Source: Octopus sinensis
Lineage: Eukaryota
DNA length: 64,000 nt
Assembly: GCF_006345805.1 (NCBI RefSeq)
Contig: NC_043006.1
Span: forward strand, 45,136,001-45,200,000
Direction of reading: 5' to 3'
Part shown: one piece after another, positions 39,590-53,477 of the stretch
Position numbering within the stretch: position 1 is the first letter of the stretch
How the letters are laid out: every line of letters begins with the position of its first letter
The notes under the pieces: model-generated
Told to the model about the DNA's origin: nothing
The model's input: the letters and a program-made list of their open reading frames with translations, nothing else
Database searches by the model: none
Position numbers and translations under genes: made by a program

Positions 39590-39993
39590 GTTTCTTTATT
39601 AGCCACACAGGGCTGCACACAGGTGGGACAAATTACAAGGTAGAGCTTTTCTTTTGGGGGATAAAAAAAAGTGGGGTTTGGTTTTCGATCAAAAGGGATC
39701 GTAAAAGGAAAGAAAGAGGAAAGCAAAAAAAAAAGGGGAGGGGGATAAAAATAAAAAGAAAAAGAAAAAAATCGATCAATAGGGATCGTTATCACAGAAA
39801 TGTCAATATAAAGTGTAAAGGGGAGGACAGGTGAGGTTTACTCGAGGAAACAAAAGCCTACGGAAAAGACCACTGTAACCTCAGTCAATGAAGTCACATG
39901 AAATATTTTTTTTTTACAAATAAGCAACTCTCTGTATTAATTTTTACGGTTCATAGGATCATAGTCAAGGTGGCATCGTCATTCATACGTGCC

Positions 39994-39994
<1 letters not shown>
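39590..39994 (-). mobile_element. Tx1-like LINE, short 5'-truncated copy (3' UTR plus last codons)
   Basis: Colinear with 40304-40780; both ends abut GATA repeats. Confidence 0.85.
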
Positions 39995-40071
<77 letters not shown>

Positions 40072-40088
40072 GTAGGTACGTAGGTAGG

Positions 40089-40139
<51 letters not shown>

Positions 40140-40191
40140 GTAGGTAGGTAGTAGGTAGGTAGGTAGGTAGTAGATAGATAGATAGATAGAT

Positions 40192-40283
<92 letters not shown>

Positions 40284-40303
40284 TTACATGGATAGATAGA
40301 TAA

Positions 40304-41740
40304 GTTTCTTTATTGGCCAAACAGGGCTGCACACAGATGGGACAAGTTACAAGGTAGAGCTTTTCTTTTGGGGGATGAAAAAACAAAAAACAAAAAACAA
40401 AAGAAGAAAAGGTGGCGTAGGTTTTCGATCAAAAGGGATCGTAAAAGGGAAAAAAAGAACAAAAAAGAAAAAAAAGAAAAAAAGAAAAGGAACAAAAGAA
40501 AAGAGAAATGAAAAAAAGAAGAAAAAAGGGGGAAAAAGAGGGAAGAGGAAAAAAAAACGATCAATAGGGATCGTGTATCACAGTATTATGATGTATAGTG
40601 TAAAGGGGAAAGCAAGTAAGGTTTATCCGTGAGAAGAAAAGCCTACAAAAAAGACCACGTTAACCTTGGTCAATATTGTTATATGTTACCACATTTGTTT
40701 GCAAGTGGGTAACCCTCTGTTTTCAATTTCTGGGTTCATAGGATTATGCTCAAGGTGGCTTCGTCATTCATACGTGCCATCCTTGCTACATTCACCCATC
40801 TTTTTTAAAACATTCGCTAGACAAAACTTGCCTCTCTACTCTCACTTTCCTTTTCAAGTGGTACTTGAAGAAGTTGATGAGAGATTGACCAGAGAGGAAA
40901 GTGTTTGTCTCCAATCCTTTCAGACGCGTCCACCAGATACATTCTTTCGCCATAGCCACAAGGATGATGAAAATAGCTCTTCCTTCCCGTTTGAAGGAAG
41001 GAGGCGTGACAATATTGACGATAGACTCGTCCCACACGTGACAGCAGTTGTTCGACATAAGCCCACAAGTCGGAAATTGTTGGACACTGCACGAGTGCGT
41101 GCAGAACGGTTTCGTCGCTGACCGCATCTCGCGCAGGTCGGCCCCGTGTTTCTCGAGCTGTGTCTGTAGAGCTTATCCCGAACGGGTAGCGCTTCTCGGT
41201 AGGGCTTCTCGGTAGCACTGCCAGGCCAGGGATCTCTGGAAGTTGTCCATGGGCCCTGGCCCGAAAGTCGTCCCGAACAGGCGGGTTAGGTACTCCTCGT
41301 CGACGTCCAGGTGCGCCCCGAGCTCGTCGTCGTACCTCCCCTCCACTAATCCCCTATAGAATGCTTTGGTTGTGATGAAGTCACACAAGGTCGACCCAGG
41401 ACGGCAGAGTTGCTTGAGAGCAACGCGACACTCGCGGTGCCATTCACCCTTCCTTGGCCTCTTTTTGATCCACGACTGCAGTTCGGTCATGGAGACGAGC
41501 TACGGGAAAGCGTGCCTCACAAACGGCGACCACACCTGTTCACCGTCGTCTACGAAGAGCCTGAGATATCGCAGTCTCAGCGCGTGTCTGCGCATCATCA
41601 ACCACGGCATGCCCAGTCCTCCTTTTAACGGGTGTTGACAGCAATGGATCGCCTGACCATCGGGACGTATCCTTTCCACAAGACGCGAAAGAGAATGTGT
41701 TCTAGTTTGGTGATAGTAGGGTCGGGACAAGGCACGACAG
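40304..41740 (-). pseudogene. Tx1-clade (L1-group) LINE 3' portion, frameshifted
   Basis: HPLKGGLGMPWL..RRHALRL; FQRSLAWQCYREALP; TCARCGQ.DETVLHALVQCP (CCHC); AKECIWWTR; stop at 40736-40738; 3' UTR ends AATAAAGAAAC. Confidence 0.88.
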
Positions 41741-41774
41741 TCAAACAAATATATAAACAGATAGATAGATAGAT

Positions 41775-41813
<39 letters not shown>

Positions 41814-42145
41814 CATAGATATAATAAATATATTTATGTAACATATATGTGTATTATATATATATATATATATACACATACATACACACATATATATGTG
41901 TAATATATATACACACATATATATATATAATACACATATATGTGTATCATATACACACACACACACACATATATTTGTGTGTGTGTTTATGTATCTCTGT
42001 GTCTGTGTTCGTCCCCTTCCCACCACCACCACCGCCATTGCTTGAAAACCATTGCTGGTGTGCTTACGACCCCATATCCCAGCTGTTCAGCAAAAGAGGC
42101 CGATAGAATAAGTACTAGGCTTACAAAGAATAAGTCTTGGTGTCT

Positions 42146-42184
<39 letters not shown>

Positions 42185-42195
42185 TATATATATAT

Positions 42196-45063
42196 AAAAG
42201 GGAGGAGCCATGGTGGAGTTGCAATGTACATCCGAGATGACCTCACGCCCCAGGTCCTGCTGTCATATTCAAACTCAGTATGTGAAACTCAAATTGTACA
42301 CATAAGACAACTGAATATCGTCATATGCACTACATATCGCCCACCAGATGCCCCAAAACACTCAGGCATGTTTGAAGACTGCCTAACAAAAATAGGAGAA
42401 GTCCTCACCAACCTTGAACAGCACAACAGTGTTTTCTTCATGGGTGACTTTAACCTCCCCAATGTGGAATGGCCTGGGGGGCAGATGCTCCCAGGGATGA
42501 CACACCATCAGCAGGCACAGGTGGAGTCCCTGCTCCATCTCACAAATGCCTCTTTCATGGAGCAAATAGTTCTGCAACCAACAAGGGCAGATAATATACT
42601 GGATCTCTGCTTCACAAACAATATGGATATTATCCATAATGTTAATGTGATGCCGACAATGATCCCGGATTACAACATAATAGAGCTGTCTATGTATGGA
42701 ACAAAAGCCCCCACAGACACACAGCCTATACGAAGCACCCACCATCTCTCCAACTTAAACTTTCATAAAGCCAACTGGAAGTTGATTGAGAAAGAGATCC
42801 TCAAACAGGATTGGCCTGAATGTCTCTCCACACCGGACATAAACATGAAACACAAACACTTCATGTCCATAATACAAGCCATATGTGACAAATATGTCCC
42901 AGTGTGCAGGGCCAGCGCACACAAGAACAAAAACAGGATCCCTAGAGAAAGGAGGATTCTTATGAGACGACGGACAAGGATTGCAAACCGCCTGAGCAAG
43001 CACACCAAAAGTGGTGAGAAGTCTCGGCTCGAAGAATGCTAATGGAAACTGAGAAAAGTCTACATCAGTCCCATGAAAAGGAGAGAGCAGATAAAGAAGC
43101 TTGGGTAATAGAAAACATAAAATCAAACCCTAAAGCTTTCTTTAAGTTTGCCAAAGAGACAGCCACAGTGCACCAGAGAATAGGACCTCTCTTCCAAAAA
43201 GATGGCTCTCTCACAGGAAATCCCACGAGGATAAGTGAAATACTGAACGAACAGTTCCAAAGTGTGTTCACTACACCTCTAGGACACAGGCAAGTAAACA
43301 ACCCAGAAGAATTCTTTGCCACTTTACCTGCGGCCAAAGAGACAAAAATTGAGTACATCAACATCGAAGATGATGATATCACACTAGCCATTGATGAGAT
43401 TGACACAAACTCAGCTGCTGGACCTGATGGATTCCCAGCGATCCTTCTCAAATCGTGCAAACGAGCCCTTGCAAAACCGCTACAGCTTCTTTTTCAGAGC
43501 TTTCTTGCAAGTGGTAAGCTCCCAGTCAAATTGAAAGAGGGGGTAATATGCCCTATCCATAAGGGAGGTAGCAGAGCAGATGCTAAAAATTATAGGCCTA
43601 TCTCTCTGACCTCACACATCAGCAAAGTCATGGAACGAATAGTCCGTAAGAAACTAATCATGTTCCTTGAAGAAAATGACTTGCTGTCTGACACCCAGCA
43701 TGGATTTCGACCAGGTAGAGGCTGCCTAACACAGCTCCTGCAACACTATGACTGGGTGTTGAAACAGCTACTAAATGGCTCAAATGTGGATGTAATATAT
43801 CTCGACTTTGCAAAAGCCTTTGATAAAGTCGACCATGGTATGATCTGTCACCATGGTATGATGTGGTCTCGGCATAGGCGGGAAACTTGGAGAGTGGCTG
43901 CACAACTTCCTAAAAGACAGAAAACAGGCAGTTGTGAGCAATGGAGCCACCTTCAAGGAAACGCAAATAACAAGCGGTGTCCCACAGGGCACTGTCTTGG
44001 GGTCACTGATGTTCATAGTGGCCCTTTCAGACATGCCTTCAGTTGCTACGATGACCACCCTTGCTAGCTATGCAGATGACACAAAAGTCTCCCACGCAAT
44101 ACAAAACCCTGAAAATATGCGCATCTGCAACATGAGCTGGACACAATATACAGGTGGGCTGAGGACAACAACATGCAGTTTAATGCAGGTAAGTTCCAGG
44201 CCCTGCGCTATTGGCACACAAAGGTAAATGACGTGAAGACTGGATACACTGGCCCAGGAAGAATTGCAATCCCTGAGTCAAAATCAGTGCGTGACCTGGG
44301 CATTGACATGAGCAATGATGCATCTTTCCAAATGCATATTGCTAATCTGGTGATAAAATGCAGACGGCTAGCTGGATGGATTCTCCGAACTTTCAGAACA
44401 AGAGAAAGGAGACACTGATGGTCCTATGGAAAACATTCGTCCTCAGCCGCTTGGACTACTGCTCCCAACTTTGGTCACCACACAATATAAAACAAACAGC
44501 AGAACTCGAAGCAATTCAGAGAAGCTACACAAAGAAAATCGTCTCAATGCAAAATATCAGCTACTGGGAAAGACTGAAGGTATTAAACCTCTTCTCCCTA
44601 GAGTGGAGGCGGGAGAGATATGCAGTGATATACATCTGGAAAATCCTGGAGGGTCTTGTCCCAAACTTTGGCATTCAAAGTTACTCCAACCGCAGAACGG
44701 GGCGCCGCTGCGTGGTGCCAAGGATTCCAACATCACCATCAAAATACAGGTCCAGATACTGCAACAGCTTGGGTTTCAGAGGACCACAGCTCTTTAACAT
44801 CCTCCCTAAATGTCTGAGAGACTTACATGGTGTGGATGTGGGTTTCTTTCAAACTAAACTGGATCTCTTCTTGTTGGGAGTCCCAGATGAACCTACCTCA
44901 CGACAGGAGACGCGGATGCGGGCAGCAGCATCGAACTCCCTTGTTGATCAAGTGCCACGTATCAGAGGTGGATTCACAAACTAGTGTAGCTCATTCAGCG
45001 GTGGTGCCCCAGCATGGCCGCGGCCTTCGGGCTAAAACATTTTTAAGGATTAAGGATTAAGGA
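42196..45063 (+). pseudogene. CR1/L2-superclade LINE: APE endonuclease plus RT, 5'-truncated, with about four frameshifts
   Basis: GGVAMYIR, YRPP, MGDFNLP, DNILDL (APE); NYRPISLTS, QHGFR, YLDFAKAFDKV, SGVPQGTVLG, YADDTK (RT); stop at 44982-44984; tail (TTAAGGA)x3; both ends lie in (TA)n. Confidence 0.96.
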
Positions 45064-45065
45064 TA

Positions 45066-45116
<51 letters not shown>

Positions 45117-45407
45117 TGACCTTCGAACCGTGGAGTAGATGAAACAAAGGCGACTGAAGAAGAAAAATTTTCCTTGTTTTGTATGTCCCGTACTCTATTT
45201 TTTCGTTGTTTAAGAAAAATGTCCATTTCCTTGGTTTTGTGTTTATGTTTTCGTTTCTCATTGTGTTCGACGTTTTTTTGGTGTCCTGTACCCATATATG
45301 CATGCATATATACATGTAGAGGTAGGTACGTAACGTACATATATGTATGTATATATGCATATGTTTTATTTATTTATTAACTTATATATATATATATATA
45401 TATAATA

Positions 45408-45452
<45 letters not shown>

Positions 45453-45525
45453 TCATCTATATAATATAATAATTTCAAGGCGATGCTCCTACATGGTCGC
45501 AGTCAAATGACTGAAGCAAATAAAA

Positions 45526-45587
<62 letters not shown>

Positions 45588-45761
45588 AATTTAGGGTGAA
45601 TACTTGATAAGTGTATGTACCTGTATACGCCAGCTAGTAGCAGAGGTGAGAGGGTGTATGTATCAAACGAAATCAAAAACAGAACACAAAGGATGTCGCG
45701 GTACACGTGTACCGCGACATCCTTGGTGTTCTGTTTTTGATTTCATTTGATACATATATAT

Positions 45762-46036
45762 ATCACCGTGATCACCGTGACCGACCAGACTATCAGATGT
45801 TGCTCCACATCGCTGGTCACAATGCGTTTCGCATTGTTTTAGCCTTCAAATGACGCCACCCCGCTGGCTAAGCGAGCCGGCCAACAGAAGAAAGAGTGAG
45901 AGAAATTTGTGGCGAAAGAGTACAGCAGGGATCGCCCCCACCCCTGCCGGAGCCTCGTGGAGCTTTAGGTGTTTTCGCTCAATAAACACTCACAACGCCC
46001 GGTCTGGGAATCGAAACCACGATCCTACAACCGTTT
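45762..46036 (-). mobile_element. Family C SINE with (TCACGGTGA)n tail
   Basis: Reverse-complement match to the copy at 56697-56982. Confidence 0.85.
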
Positions 46037-46055
46037 AGCTTATGGTTTGCGCCTC

Positions 46056-46097
<42 letters not shown>

Positions 46098-47317
46098 ATG
46101 TATGCATATGTATGCACAAAAGTCTATTAGTTGTTATTATTCATATGAAGGTATAATCTTATGTCATACGTACTTTTTCTCAGTGTTTGGGTATGTATGC
46201 CTGTTCTTCGGTCTTTTATCCCTGTTGGGATACAAAGGATTAATTATGTATGTGCAATATTTGAGAATATAGGTTATGTACATACACGATGTGTGTTTAG
46301 GAAACAAAGGTATAATACGAAACCAAGGAAAGCGAGAGAGTAAGAGTAGAAGAGCGTGAATTTATTTACGAATACAAAGGTGAATGTCTTGTGTATGAAT
46401 AAATGTAAGGTCCACACTCGTTCAATATGTTTATATACGTACGCGTATGAGTCTACATGCATGTATGCATACCATAAGCTAAACATCTGGTGAATTTTAC
46501 ATACTTTTATAGTGTCATTATTGGCTTGTAAATGTAGTTTCCTAATAAATTGCGTCCTTCTTTCTGGTTTTGTGAAAAGCAGCTTTTTATGATTGGTGCT
46601 GAGGCAGTTATAAGATCATAACATGTCCCAATGATTACAGGTATAAATCTGAAGATATAGTTGAAGCTAATCATGAGCAAACTGCGGCCCGCAGGGCATT
46701 TTAAATGGGACACTAAGAAAAAAATTACCTTGAATTTTTATAGTAGTGCGGCCTGTCTGATGATGAGCCGTGTCTCATGCGGCCCGCTTCGCAAAAAAAA
46801 TTTCCCATACATGATATAAGACTAGTCATTTGCAGGTCTCTGATTGGTTCAGATAAGCGTTTTTCTTTCCTTTTATATCTAACTTAATGCTAACTTCTTC
46901 TTGGCAAATGATTTCTATTAATGTTTTTTTTTCTCTTTCTCTAATCACCAAGTTTTGTCTGCAATACCTATATTTTCCAGACGTATTGACAGGATCATTA
47001 CAGCAAATACTATTTCATTATTATGGCCGAGTATACTTCAACATCACCGTGACTTTTTGTATTTAGATCTTCAAAACGATCTTTTCAGCAAATTGCAATG
47101 TTTTAATATATTTTGGAAAGGACACATGCCTCATAAGTATATAATAGATCTTTAAAACTATATTTACTACAAATTGCAATCTATAATATTTTGGACAAAA
47201 CACACGCCTAAGTATATAATACTGTGGAGAATTGCTTTGAAATCTGCAGCATCACTACCATGATTATACATTCGGATTTATGCCAATAATCATTGGTGAA
47301 TCTCACTATGTTTTATA

Positions 47318-47865
47318 TTGGGTTGTCCGGAAAGTTCGTGCCGATTTTTAAAGGAAAGGAAAAGGTCAATAAATTCTTGCCATTACTCAAGCTTTACCAG
47401 GTGCTCATGAACGACGGATTTTGATAGGTTGAAGCTTTCTGCCAATTCTCGAGTTGTGCAATGTAGGTTATTCTCAATTAATGACCTGATTTGGTCATCA
47501 TCTGTAGTGGATGGTCTGCCTGATCGCTCTTTATCAATAAGGCTACAATCTCCAGCTCGGAACCTTGCGAACCACTTCCGTACAGTTCTTACGGATAAAG
47601 AAACATCACCGTAAACTGCGCATATTTCTTTGGTCGCTTGTGAGGTATTTTTCCCTTTACAGAAAAAGAAAAGCCTCAAGTACCGAAAATGAACTTTCTT
47701 ATCTTCCATTTTAAAGGGTTACAGAATTAACACAGGTTATAGGAACATAAACCTTCTTCCACGAAAAGATAGCTTAAACTGTGCTCTAAATGGAGGTGAA
47801 ATCAAATCCTATTTTCTGGATTCAACCATGTTCTAAAATAAGTCGAACTTTCCGGACAAACCTAA
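47318..47865 (-). mobile_element. mariner deletion derivative retaining the transposase N-terminal HTH region (ORF 47383-47709)
   Basis: TA-flanked TIRs TTGGGTTGTCCGGAAAGTTCG / CGAACTTTCCGGACAAACCTAA; MEDKKVHFRY..KGKNTSQA..ICAVYG..WFARFRAGD..ERSGRP..TTRELA. Confidence 0.93.
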
Positions 47866-48704
47866 TATTTTCCTTGTTCCAGTTATTTTACTGCGGCCGC
47901 TCTGGGGCAGTGCCTTGAAGAGTTTAGTCGAAAAAATTTACTCCACTTCTTATTTATAAGTCTGGTACTTATTCTATCGTTGTTTTTTTTTTTGCCTAAC
48001 CGCTAATGCTACGGGGACGTTAATAAACCAACGCGGGTTGTCAAGTGGTAGGTGGTGGGGCAAGCACAAACACAAACATAAAGATACATACATACAAACA
48101 TACATACATACAAGCATGCATGCATACACATACATACATACATACATACATACACATACATACATACATACATACATACACGACGGGCTTCCAGAAAGTT
48201 TCCGTCTTCCAGATTCATTCACAAGGCATTGGTTGACTCGAGCCATTGTAGAAAACAAATATACTCAGGGAGCTGCGCAGTGTTACTGACCTGAAACCAT
48301 GGGGTTGCAATGCAAGCTTCTTAACCTCACTGCCGTGTCTGCACGTATCTTAGTAAATGTCCAAGCAACAATCTCAAAAGTTACGATTTCCAAGTAAAGA
48401 GTGAAAGAGCTAACGGGCACATGACAAGCGTATTGTGCAAGCGGAACAATGACATTACTTGAGATTATTCTTACAATGGAACGTACCACTCAACGTTGCT
48501 GTTTTCCAACAACGATAAATGGTATATTCCAACGAAGGAGCTTTGTTACTTTGTTAGAAACCAACTTCCTCCCTGATGAAAAAATTCAAAAAGAAATATA
48601 TACATGCATACATATGTATATACGTACGTACGGGCATATGTATGTCCAATATACGTACTGACATAATACATACGTATGTACATATAAATGTGTGTGTGTG
48701 TGTG

Positions 48705-49090
48705 TGCGTGTCGTGGCACTCCGTCAGTTACGACGACGAGGGTTCCAGTTCATCCGTTCAACGGAACAGCCTGCTCGTGAAATTAACGTGTAAGTGGCTG
48801 AGCACTCCGCAGACAATGTACCCTTAACGTAGTTTTCGGGGAGATTCAGCATGACACAGAGTGTGACAAGGCTGGCCCTTTGAAATACAGGTACAACAGA
48901 AACAAGAAGAAAGAGTGAGAGAAAGTTGTGGTGAAAGAGTACAGCAGGGTTCGCCACCACCCCCTGTCGGAGCCTCGTAGAGCATTAAGTGATTCCGCTC
49001 AATAAACACTCACAACGCCCGGTCTGGGAATCGAAACTGCGATCCCACGACTGCAGGTTCGCTGCCCTAACCACTGGGCCATTGCGTCTC
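48705..49090 (-). mobile_element. Family C SINE, full length, tail ending CGTAACTGACGGAGTGC
   Basis: Matches 53087-53477 and 30236-30517. Confidence 0.88.
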
Positions 49091-49133
<43 letters not shown>

Positions 49134-49502
49134 TTATAGAAAAACAAAAGACGAAGACAGATGTATGAACAACAAGCAAGTTTATTAGTTTGATGCTCGA
49201 GAAAATGAAAAAGTCTTTTACGTTTCAACTACGTTTCGAGCCTACGTGCATATATATATATAGAGAGAGAGAGAGGGGGGGGGAGAGTGAGAAAGAACAA
49301 TAAGAAAATGGAGGGGATCAATAGGTGGTATTCATCAACTTTTAGACATTATATTATGTCAATTTATTTATTTATTTACTAAAAGGACAATTATAACAAT
49401 ATACATACATATATAATATTATGCTTTACATATATAATATATAAAATATAAAAATATCAGTAATTATTAAAATATATAACATATAGCAATAGTTTTATAT
49501 AT

Positions 49503-49899
49503 TACTAGCAGTATCGCCCGGCGTTGCTCGGATTGTAAGGGAAATAACTATATAAGCATTTTTAGAGAGTTATAGCCAAAAAATAGCAAAAAAATGCATT
49601 AAAAATTGAAAAAAAATTAAGGTATTTTTTTTTTAAATCGTTGAAACATCGTAGATATTTTTAGAGAGTTACTTCCCTTATATAAAAGCGAAAAAAATGC
49701 ATTAAAATGGAAAAATACGATGGTAATTTTTTTTTAAATCGTAGACTCATCGTAGACGCGCGCTAATACCCAGAAGGGCTCGATATGAATCACGACTATA
49801 AGATACCCGGTTTTGGTTAAACTGCACCGCAAAATGTGGGAGTAGTTACGAATCTAAATCGTAGGAGACAGACACACAACTTCACTCTTATATAAAGAT
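49503..49899 (+). mobile_element. Non-autonomous Helitron/HINE-like element
   Basis: Starts ACTAGCAGTATCGCCCGGCGTTGCTCGG and ends TTATATAAAGAT; internal duplication of about 105 bp; the class call rests on recalled terminal motifs. Confidence 0.55.
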
Positions 49900-50227
49900 G
49901 CTTTTTTTTTTCAGTCATAGAGTTAGATTTATGAAGGTCTTCAGTAGAAAATCCTTCGAATTCTGACTCGCTGCTTGATATAATGAAATTCGTATCCATT
50001 TTTTGTCAGAATTACAAATTTTGAAAACACAATAGGAACAAATTTCGGAAAAAATCTCCCATAATTCACGGAATTAAAATTACACTTCGATTTTTGTACA
50101 AAACTGTATTTGAAGTGTTTACGAAGTATAATACGTGTTTTCACGAATGTACTAAAGAGATTTACTCTGATATTCTCATTTAAATATGAATAGGTAAATT
50201 CGGGCGGTTTGGTAACGAAAGGGTTAA
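49900..50227 (-). mobile_element. piggyBac-like 5' end fragment
   Basis: TTAA|CCCTTTCG terminus at 50227-50216; acidic ORF start MDTNFIISSSESEFEGFSTEDL; no second end found. Confidence 0.5.
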
Positions 50228-50487
50228 ACGGATGTTATATTCGTCCTAAATAACTTTGTATGAATTGAAAAAGTAAATGAATTGAAATTCTAAAAGAAAG
50301 GAATTTGTTTACATACATGTGTAAAATGGCAAATGTTTGTGCAGTTGTCCGATGTAACTGATGTATTATAATGAATAGTCCTTCTTCTTGTGAATATTAA
50401 TTTGATTAATATGAACTGAAAACCAGTGGTGTAGCATAGGTGATCTTCTAGCAAAAAGGATGACCAGTCTGAATGGGTCGTCCCTGT

Positions 50488-50519
<32 letters not shown>

Positions 50520-50639
50520 CACACACACGCACACACACACACACACAGACACGTTAGCTTACAATGTCTGTCAACAATTGATACTGTCGTATATATTAGC
50601 GTGTCTATGTGTCTAAAGAGGAAGTGGGAGTAATAGGCA

Positions 50640-50922
50640 GAGTAAAGGCTTCAAAGTGAAATGTTAAAATATTGAGTTTTCTCGAATTTTGTCTTAATTG
50701 GGGGTGAAATTGAAAGAAATTTTTTATGGCATGAACCAGAATGTGAGTTTTCTGTAAATTTTGCTTAATTGGAGTTTAAATTTTAAAAACTGGACCTGGC
50801 ATGACCCGATGCATTCTACTCTTAAAAATGCTAGGTAAATTGTAATTGAAGAAATCCTATATTGTAGATTTCTATAAGTTACAAAGAGAGGCAGATAAAA
50901 TCTGCCTTTTATAATAAGAGAT
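50640..50922 (+). mobile_element. Helentron/HINE-like 3' portion
   Basis: Subterminal hairpin AGGCAGAT-aaa-ATCTGCCT (50889-50907) followed by ATAATAAGAGAT. Confidence 0.4.
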
Positions 50923-51227
50923 ATATGTAAAGTATGTGTTATACATGTATGTATATTGTTATAATTGACCTTTTAGTAAATAAATAAATTGACATAATAT
51001 AATGTCTAAAAGTTGATGAATACCACCTATTGATCCCCTCCATTTTCTTATTGCTCGATAAATTAATGGCAAAATAACTCTTTACCTTCACCCATTTAAT
51101 ACATTCGGTAATGTAATTGCCATGCAATGAAAAACCACTTGTGTATTTATGATTGGGTATTCTACCAGCAGTATATTGGATAGATATTATCCCTTAGTTG
51201 GTTGGATTCACAACCTCTAACTTTCTT

Positions 51228-51266
<39 letters not shown>

Positions 51267-53086
51267 TATATATATATTATATATATATATATATGCAAGT
51301 ACATCCTATTTATATACGTATATATGCATATATATCTATATGCAACACAAACATACGCATACACTCAAGCACAAACATGTACATACATATAAGACACGCA
51401 AACTATTTTGTGTTACTGGAAATTTCAGCATCAACCTGATATGTAAACAGATCGTATTTCCCACGCAAGAAGGGTGGCCTAAAATCTGTATTAATATCGT
51501 ATGAGATCCGAATGGGTAACAAAGAAGTAACATCTCGAGCAGAGAAAAAAGGTCAGTAACTATCGTGTTCATATTTGTGAGTCTGAAAATAGCAAAACCA
51601 TTGGGATAGTTCAGGAACAAGAGGAAAGATATGAAATAAAATTTCACACAATAAAAAGTTCTCTCCAAGAAACATCGGAAAATAGTTTTCAATAAAACGA
51701 CTAAGCTCAAAGAAAAATAATCAAGTTCACCGAGAATGTTGAATATGGGTTCTTGAGACTTTCCATGGAGTATCAGCAACTATGTAAAACAACTTGAAGG
51801 ATTTTAGATTTATCTCCAGAAAATCAAGCCTGATTAAAACCATTGTAATTCAGTGACGTCACTGATCCATTTCAGACAGACATGTTTTTTACCCATTCTC
51901 CATTGTTCAGTTAATTTAATATTTTACTTTCTTGCATTTAAATTATATAAACTAAATGAATTGTGTAAGTTTACTTATTTAGAATATTCATACTTTAGTA
52001 TAGACACGAAGAGAGTTTGTGTGTGTGTTTGTGCGTGTGTGTGTATGTGCGTGCATACGTGTGTGTGTGTGTGTGTGTGTGTGTTTGTGTGCTTGACTTT
52101 ACATAATATACAGTCATTATTATAATGTGCATGCTTTACTTCTGTCAATAGAAGAGTTCCCAGCTGCCATCGAGTTGGTACAGTGTTCTTCCAGTTATAG
52201 TAGTAAATTGAGAAACAGAACACGTTGTAAACTGTCTCTATGTCCAATACAAGTGTCGTTCGTTACATTCTTAAACGTTTGATCAAACTGAACAACAATT
52301 GTATAATACAATAACTAGTAACCTATTGACTAAATAAAGCTTTTAAGTCAATAGATATGGTCTTTGTTTTGTTATGTGTAAATACATAGGACTCTCTCAT
52401 AATAGTAGCATTGTATCTTGGCTGATGTATTTTAAAGATAGCGTATGAACTTTACTTAGAGGTCAACATGATGGGTATATTGTCGGCTGGTTATACGATA
52501 GTTCAGTATTCAGTACTGGAGCACCAGTTATAGCTTGTGTAAAATAATAAACAGCAGTTTATTAGATAATCGCTGCAGTTTATAAGACAAGTTCTGAGTT
52601 CAAGTGTTCACAAGGTCATTTGGCATTTTAAACTTTTAATGTTTATGTACCAGTAAGCTTCTGAGGGATAGTGGTCCATAATTTGGTCGTTGTTAATGTT
52701 TACTTCCAGATCGGCCCTGATCGAGCTGACCGAAGATCAAATGCATTTCAACATGATCAAGCCTTGTTATCGAAAATGTCCTTGTTTTTTTAAAAGAATA
52801 GAGTGTAATTTGAAGTGATTTAATATTACACTCTATTCGCTTTATAATTAAAAAAAATGGGTGTAATATTGAATGACTATGTGGGAATACTCAAATTCGC
52901 TCGTCCACAATTCCGTTATCAGCTCTTTACAAAAATTACTAAATATCTCCCATGTAATATTATGTCTATACTAGAATATAATCTAGGGTTGGGAGAAACC
53001 AGTGAGGGTCTGTGTTGGCAACACATAACCCAAAGCGAGATGTAGTAGTTTAAAAAAATCGTTGTTTCCGACATTATCACAGGATT

Positions 53087-53477
53087 GGATGGAATGGAAG
53101 CACTCCGTCGGTTACGACGACGAGGGTTCCGGTTGATCCGATCAACGGAACAGCCTGCTCGTGAAATTAACGTGTAAGTGGCTGAGCACTCCACAGACAC
53201 GTGTACCCTTTAACGTAGTTCTCGGGGATATTCAGCGTGACACAGAGAGTGACAAGGCCGGCCCTTTGAAATACAGGTACAACAGAAACAGGAAGTAAGA
53301 GTGAGAGAAAGTTGTGGTGAAAGAGTACAGCAGGGATCACCACCATCCCCTGCCGGAGCCTCGGGAAGCTTTGGGTGTTTTCGCTCAATAAACACTCACA
53401 ACGCCCGGTCTGGGAATCGAAACCGCGATCCTACGACCGCGAGTCCGCTGCCCTAACCACTGGGCCATTGCACCTCC
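53087..53477 (-). mobile_element. Family C SINE, full length, with 12-bp TSD
   Basis: TATCACAGGATT at 53075-53086 and 53478-53489; A/B boxes in the head. Confidence 0.92.
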
